NCBI GenBank assembly: GCA_963752445.1
Contig: CAVVYI010000027.1
Span: forward strand, 7,180 to 71,179
Direction of reading: 5' to 3'
Length of the DNA stretch: 64,000 nucleotides
Origin: an uncultured Actinomycetota bacterium
GTDB lineage: Bacteria > Actinomycetota > Actinomycetes > Actinomycetales > Dermatophilaceae
The translations under genes and the position numbers were made by a program. Positions 62,198 through 64,000 of this stretch are shown piece after piece. Every line of letters begins with the position of its first letter. Positions within the stretch are counted from its first letter, which is position 1. The notes under the pieces are model-generated. The model worked only from the letters and a program-made list of their open reading frames with translations. It was not told the origin of the DNA and did not search any database.

Positions 62198-63378
62198 GTG
62201 CGACGCCGCCGGATCGGAGCCGCCGCGGCCTGTGCCGTGGCGCTGGCGGGCTGCGCCGGCCCGGCCGACCTGCCGGAGAACCTGCGCACCCGCGACGCCC
62301 ACGACGCCCACGTCGCGGCCGCGACGGCGGCCGGCGCCCACGCCCACCGTGGCCGCGGTGCCCGCTGCGCGCCGGTGAGCGCTTCGTCGAGGTGCGGCTG
62401 CCGGAGGCCTACACGCCGGCGGCCCCCACCGCGAAGGGCACCGACGACTACCGCTGCTTCCTCGTCGACCCGCACCTGCGCACCGACCAGCTCGTCAGCG
62501 GGGTCGACATCCGGCCCGACAACGCCGCGCTCGTCCACCACGTCATCGTCTCCCGGGTGCTCCCGTCCGAGGTCGGGCAGGCCGAGCGGCTCGACGCCGC
62601 CGACCCGGGCACCGGGTGGACGTGCTTCGGCGGCAGCGGGGTGCACGGGGCGGCCGTCGACCTCGACGACGCCGACTGGGTGGGGGCGTGGGCGCCCGGG
62701 GGTGGCGAGCGGGTGATGGCCGACGACATCGGCATCCCGCTGGGGGCCGGGTCCCGGCTCGTCGTGCAGGTGCACTACAACCTGCTCGCCGGCACCGGCT
62801 CGGACCGCAGCACCGTGCGGCTGCGGCTGTCCGAGGCGGCCGGCAGCACGAGGAAGCCGCTCGGCACCATGCTCCTGCCGGCTCCCGTCGAGCTGCCCTG
62901 CCGCGACCACCGCACGGCCGGGACGTGCAGCCGTGCCGTGTCGGTCTCCGACGTCTCCCGGCGCTTCGGCGAGACGCCGGCCCGCGCCGACCTGCTCCAC
63001 CTCCTCTGCGGCCCCGTGGTGCCCGGTCCCGTGCAGAGCTGCACCCGCACGGTGCGCGAGCCGGGCACGATCCGCGCCGTGGCCGGGCACATGCACCTGC
63101 TCGGGCGGGCCATCACCGTCGACGTCGACAAGGGCACCGACCACGCCCACCGGGTGCTCGACATCGCGAACTGGGACTTCGACGACCAGGGGAGCATCCC
63201 CCTCGACGCGCCCGTCCCGGTGCAGCCCGGTGACACGGTCACCGTGACCTGCCGCCACGACCAGGCCCTGCGCGACCTCCTCCCCGCGTTCGCCGGGCAG
63301 CGGGAGCGCTACGTCGTCTGGGGCGAGGGCACGACCGACGAGATGTGCCTCGGCATCGTCCTGCTCACCCGGCCGTGA
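62198..63378 (+). CDS. Copper type II ascorbate-dependent (PHM/DBH-like) monooxygenase lipoprotein (apparent indel near the N-terminus)
   Basis: LAGC lipobox, DDYRCF, VHHVI, VQVHYN, GHMHLLG, WDFDDQ and DEMC. Confidence 0.8.
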
Positions 63379-63510
63379 CCCGGGGGGCCCGGCCGGCGGG
63401 GGTGTCCGCTGGGCGCGCGAACGCGTCCGCCCGACGGAGGCGCCACGCCGCCGCGCGCCGCACGATGGTGGAGCCGGACCCGGCACCCCCCTCGACCCAG
63501 GAGAACCGTC

Positions 63511-63813
63511 ATGTTCATCGCCATCCTCGACTTCGGCACGGCCCCCCAGGACCGGGCCCGCGCCCTCGCCCAGCTGGAGACCGAGCGTCCCCTCGTCCGG
63601 GCCATGCCGGGCAACATCGCCTTCCGGGTCTACGCCTCGCGGGAGGACGAGGGTGCCGTCACGGTGGTCCACGAGTGGGCCGACCGCGAGTCCATGGCGG
63701 GCTACCTCGCGTCCGCGGCGTTCGCCCGCTCGAACGCGGTGCTGCGTCCGATGATCGTCGACGGTCCGGTGAGCCGCCGCTTCGACGCCGAGCTCGTCGA
63801 GGCGGTGGCCTGA
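63511..63813 (+). CDS. Antibiotic biosynthesis monooxygenase (ABM) domain protein
   Basis: VRAMPGNIAFRVY...VVHEW...YLASAAF, 100 aa with RBS. Confidence 0.8.
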   Translation: MFIAILDFGTAPQDRARALAQLETERPLVRAMPGNIAFRVYASREDEGAVTVVHEWADRESMAGYLASAAFARSNAVLRPMIVDGPVSRRFDAELVEAVA

Positions 63814-63850
63814 GCCGCGGGCGCGGTGGTCCGGGCCGAGGAGGTGGCCG

Positions 63851-64000
63851 ATGACGCGCGAGGCCTACGCGTTCACGCGGTCGTTCGGGCCGAGCGAGCC
63901 TCGCGAGCTCGTCGTCGACCGCCACTACCTGCTGTGCGCGGCGTCCGGCGCCCTGCGGCTCGAGGCCGAGGGCCAGCGCTGGCTGCTGCCCCCGGCCCGG
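63851..64000 (+). CDS. N-terminus of a probable AraC-family regulator with cupin domain (partial)
   Basis: DRHYLLCAASGALRLEAEGQRWLLPPAR. Confidence 0.6.
   Translation, partial: MTREAYAFTRSFGPSEPRELVVDRHYLLCAASGALRLEAEGQRWLLPPAR

Overview
A very GC-rich actinobacterial chromosome segment, most like Micrococcales/Intrasporangiaceae (inferred from gene content and style). It follows the conserved core order coaD, yceD-rpmF-rnc-mutM, smc, ftsY, amt-glnK-glnD, ffh, rpsP-khpA-rimM-trmD, rplS-lepB-rnhB-yraN-comM-dprA-xerC, rpsB-tsf, pyrH-frr-cdsA, rlmN. Accessory genes are interleaved: two AT3-SGNH acyltransferases, an M13 peptidase, feoAB plus an Nfu-like gene, MFS/TetR/ArsR/Rrf2 modules and a PHM/DBH-type copper monooxygenase lipoprotein. 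Many genes, including essential ones, carry single-base indels typical of an unpolished long-read consensus, so boundaries of broken genes are approximate and they are not called pseudogenes. I saw no rRNA, tRNA, CRISPR array or prophage. Most notable: (1) an IS110-family element inserted into the hairpin after ftsY, with a ~225-nt structured left end carrying candidate bridge-RNA guides; (2) a paired GTCCACAG (DnaA-box-like) motif at the same distance upstream of both yraN-comM-dprA and the M23 peptidase gene, suggesting an uncharacterised competence-type regulon; (3) a possible kissing-loop RNA leader of rplS; (4) an in-frame TrmD-GNAT fusion. All motif matches and pairings were found by eye; no searches or folding were run.
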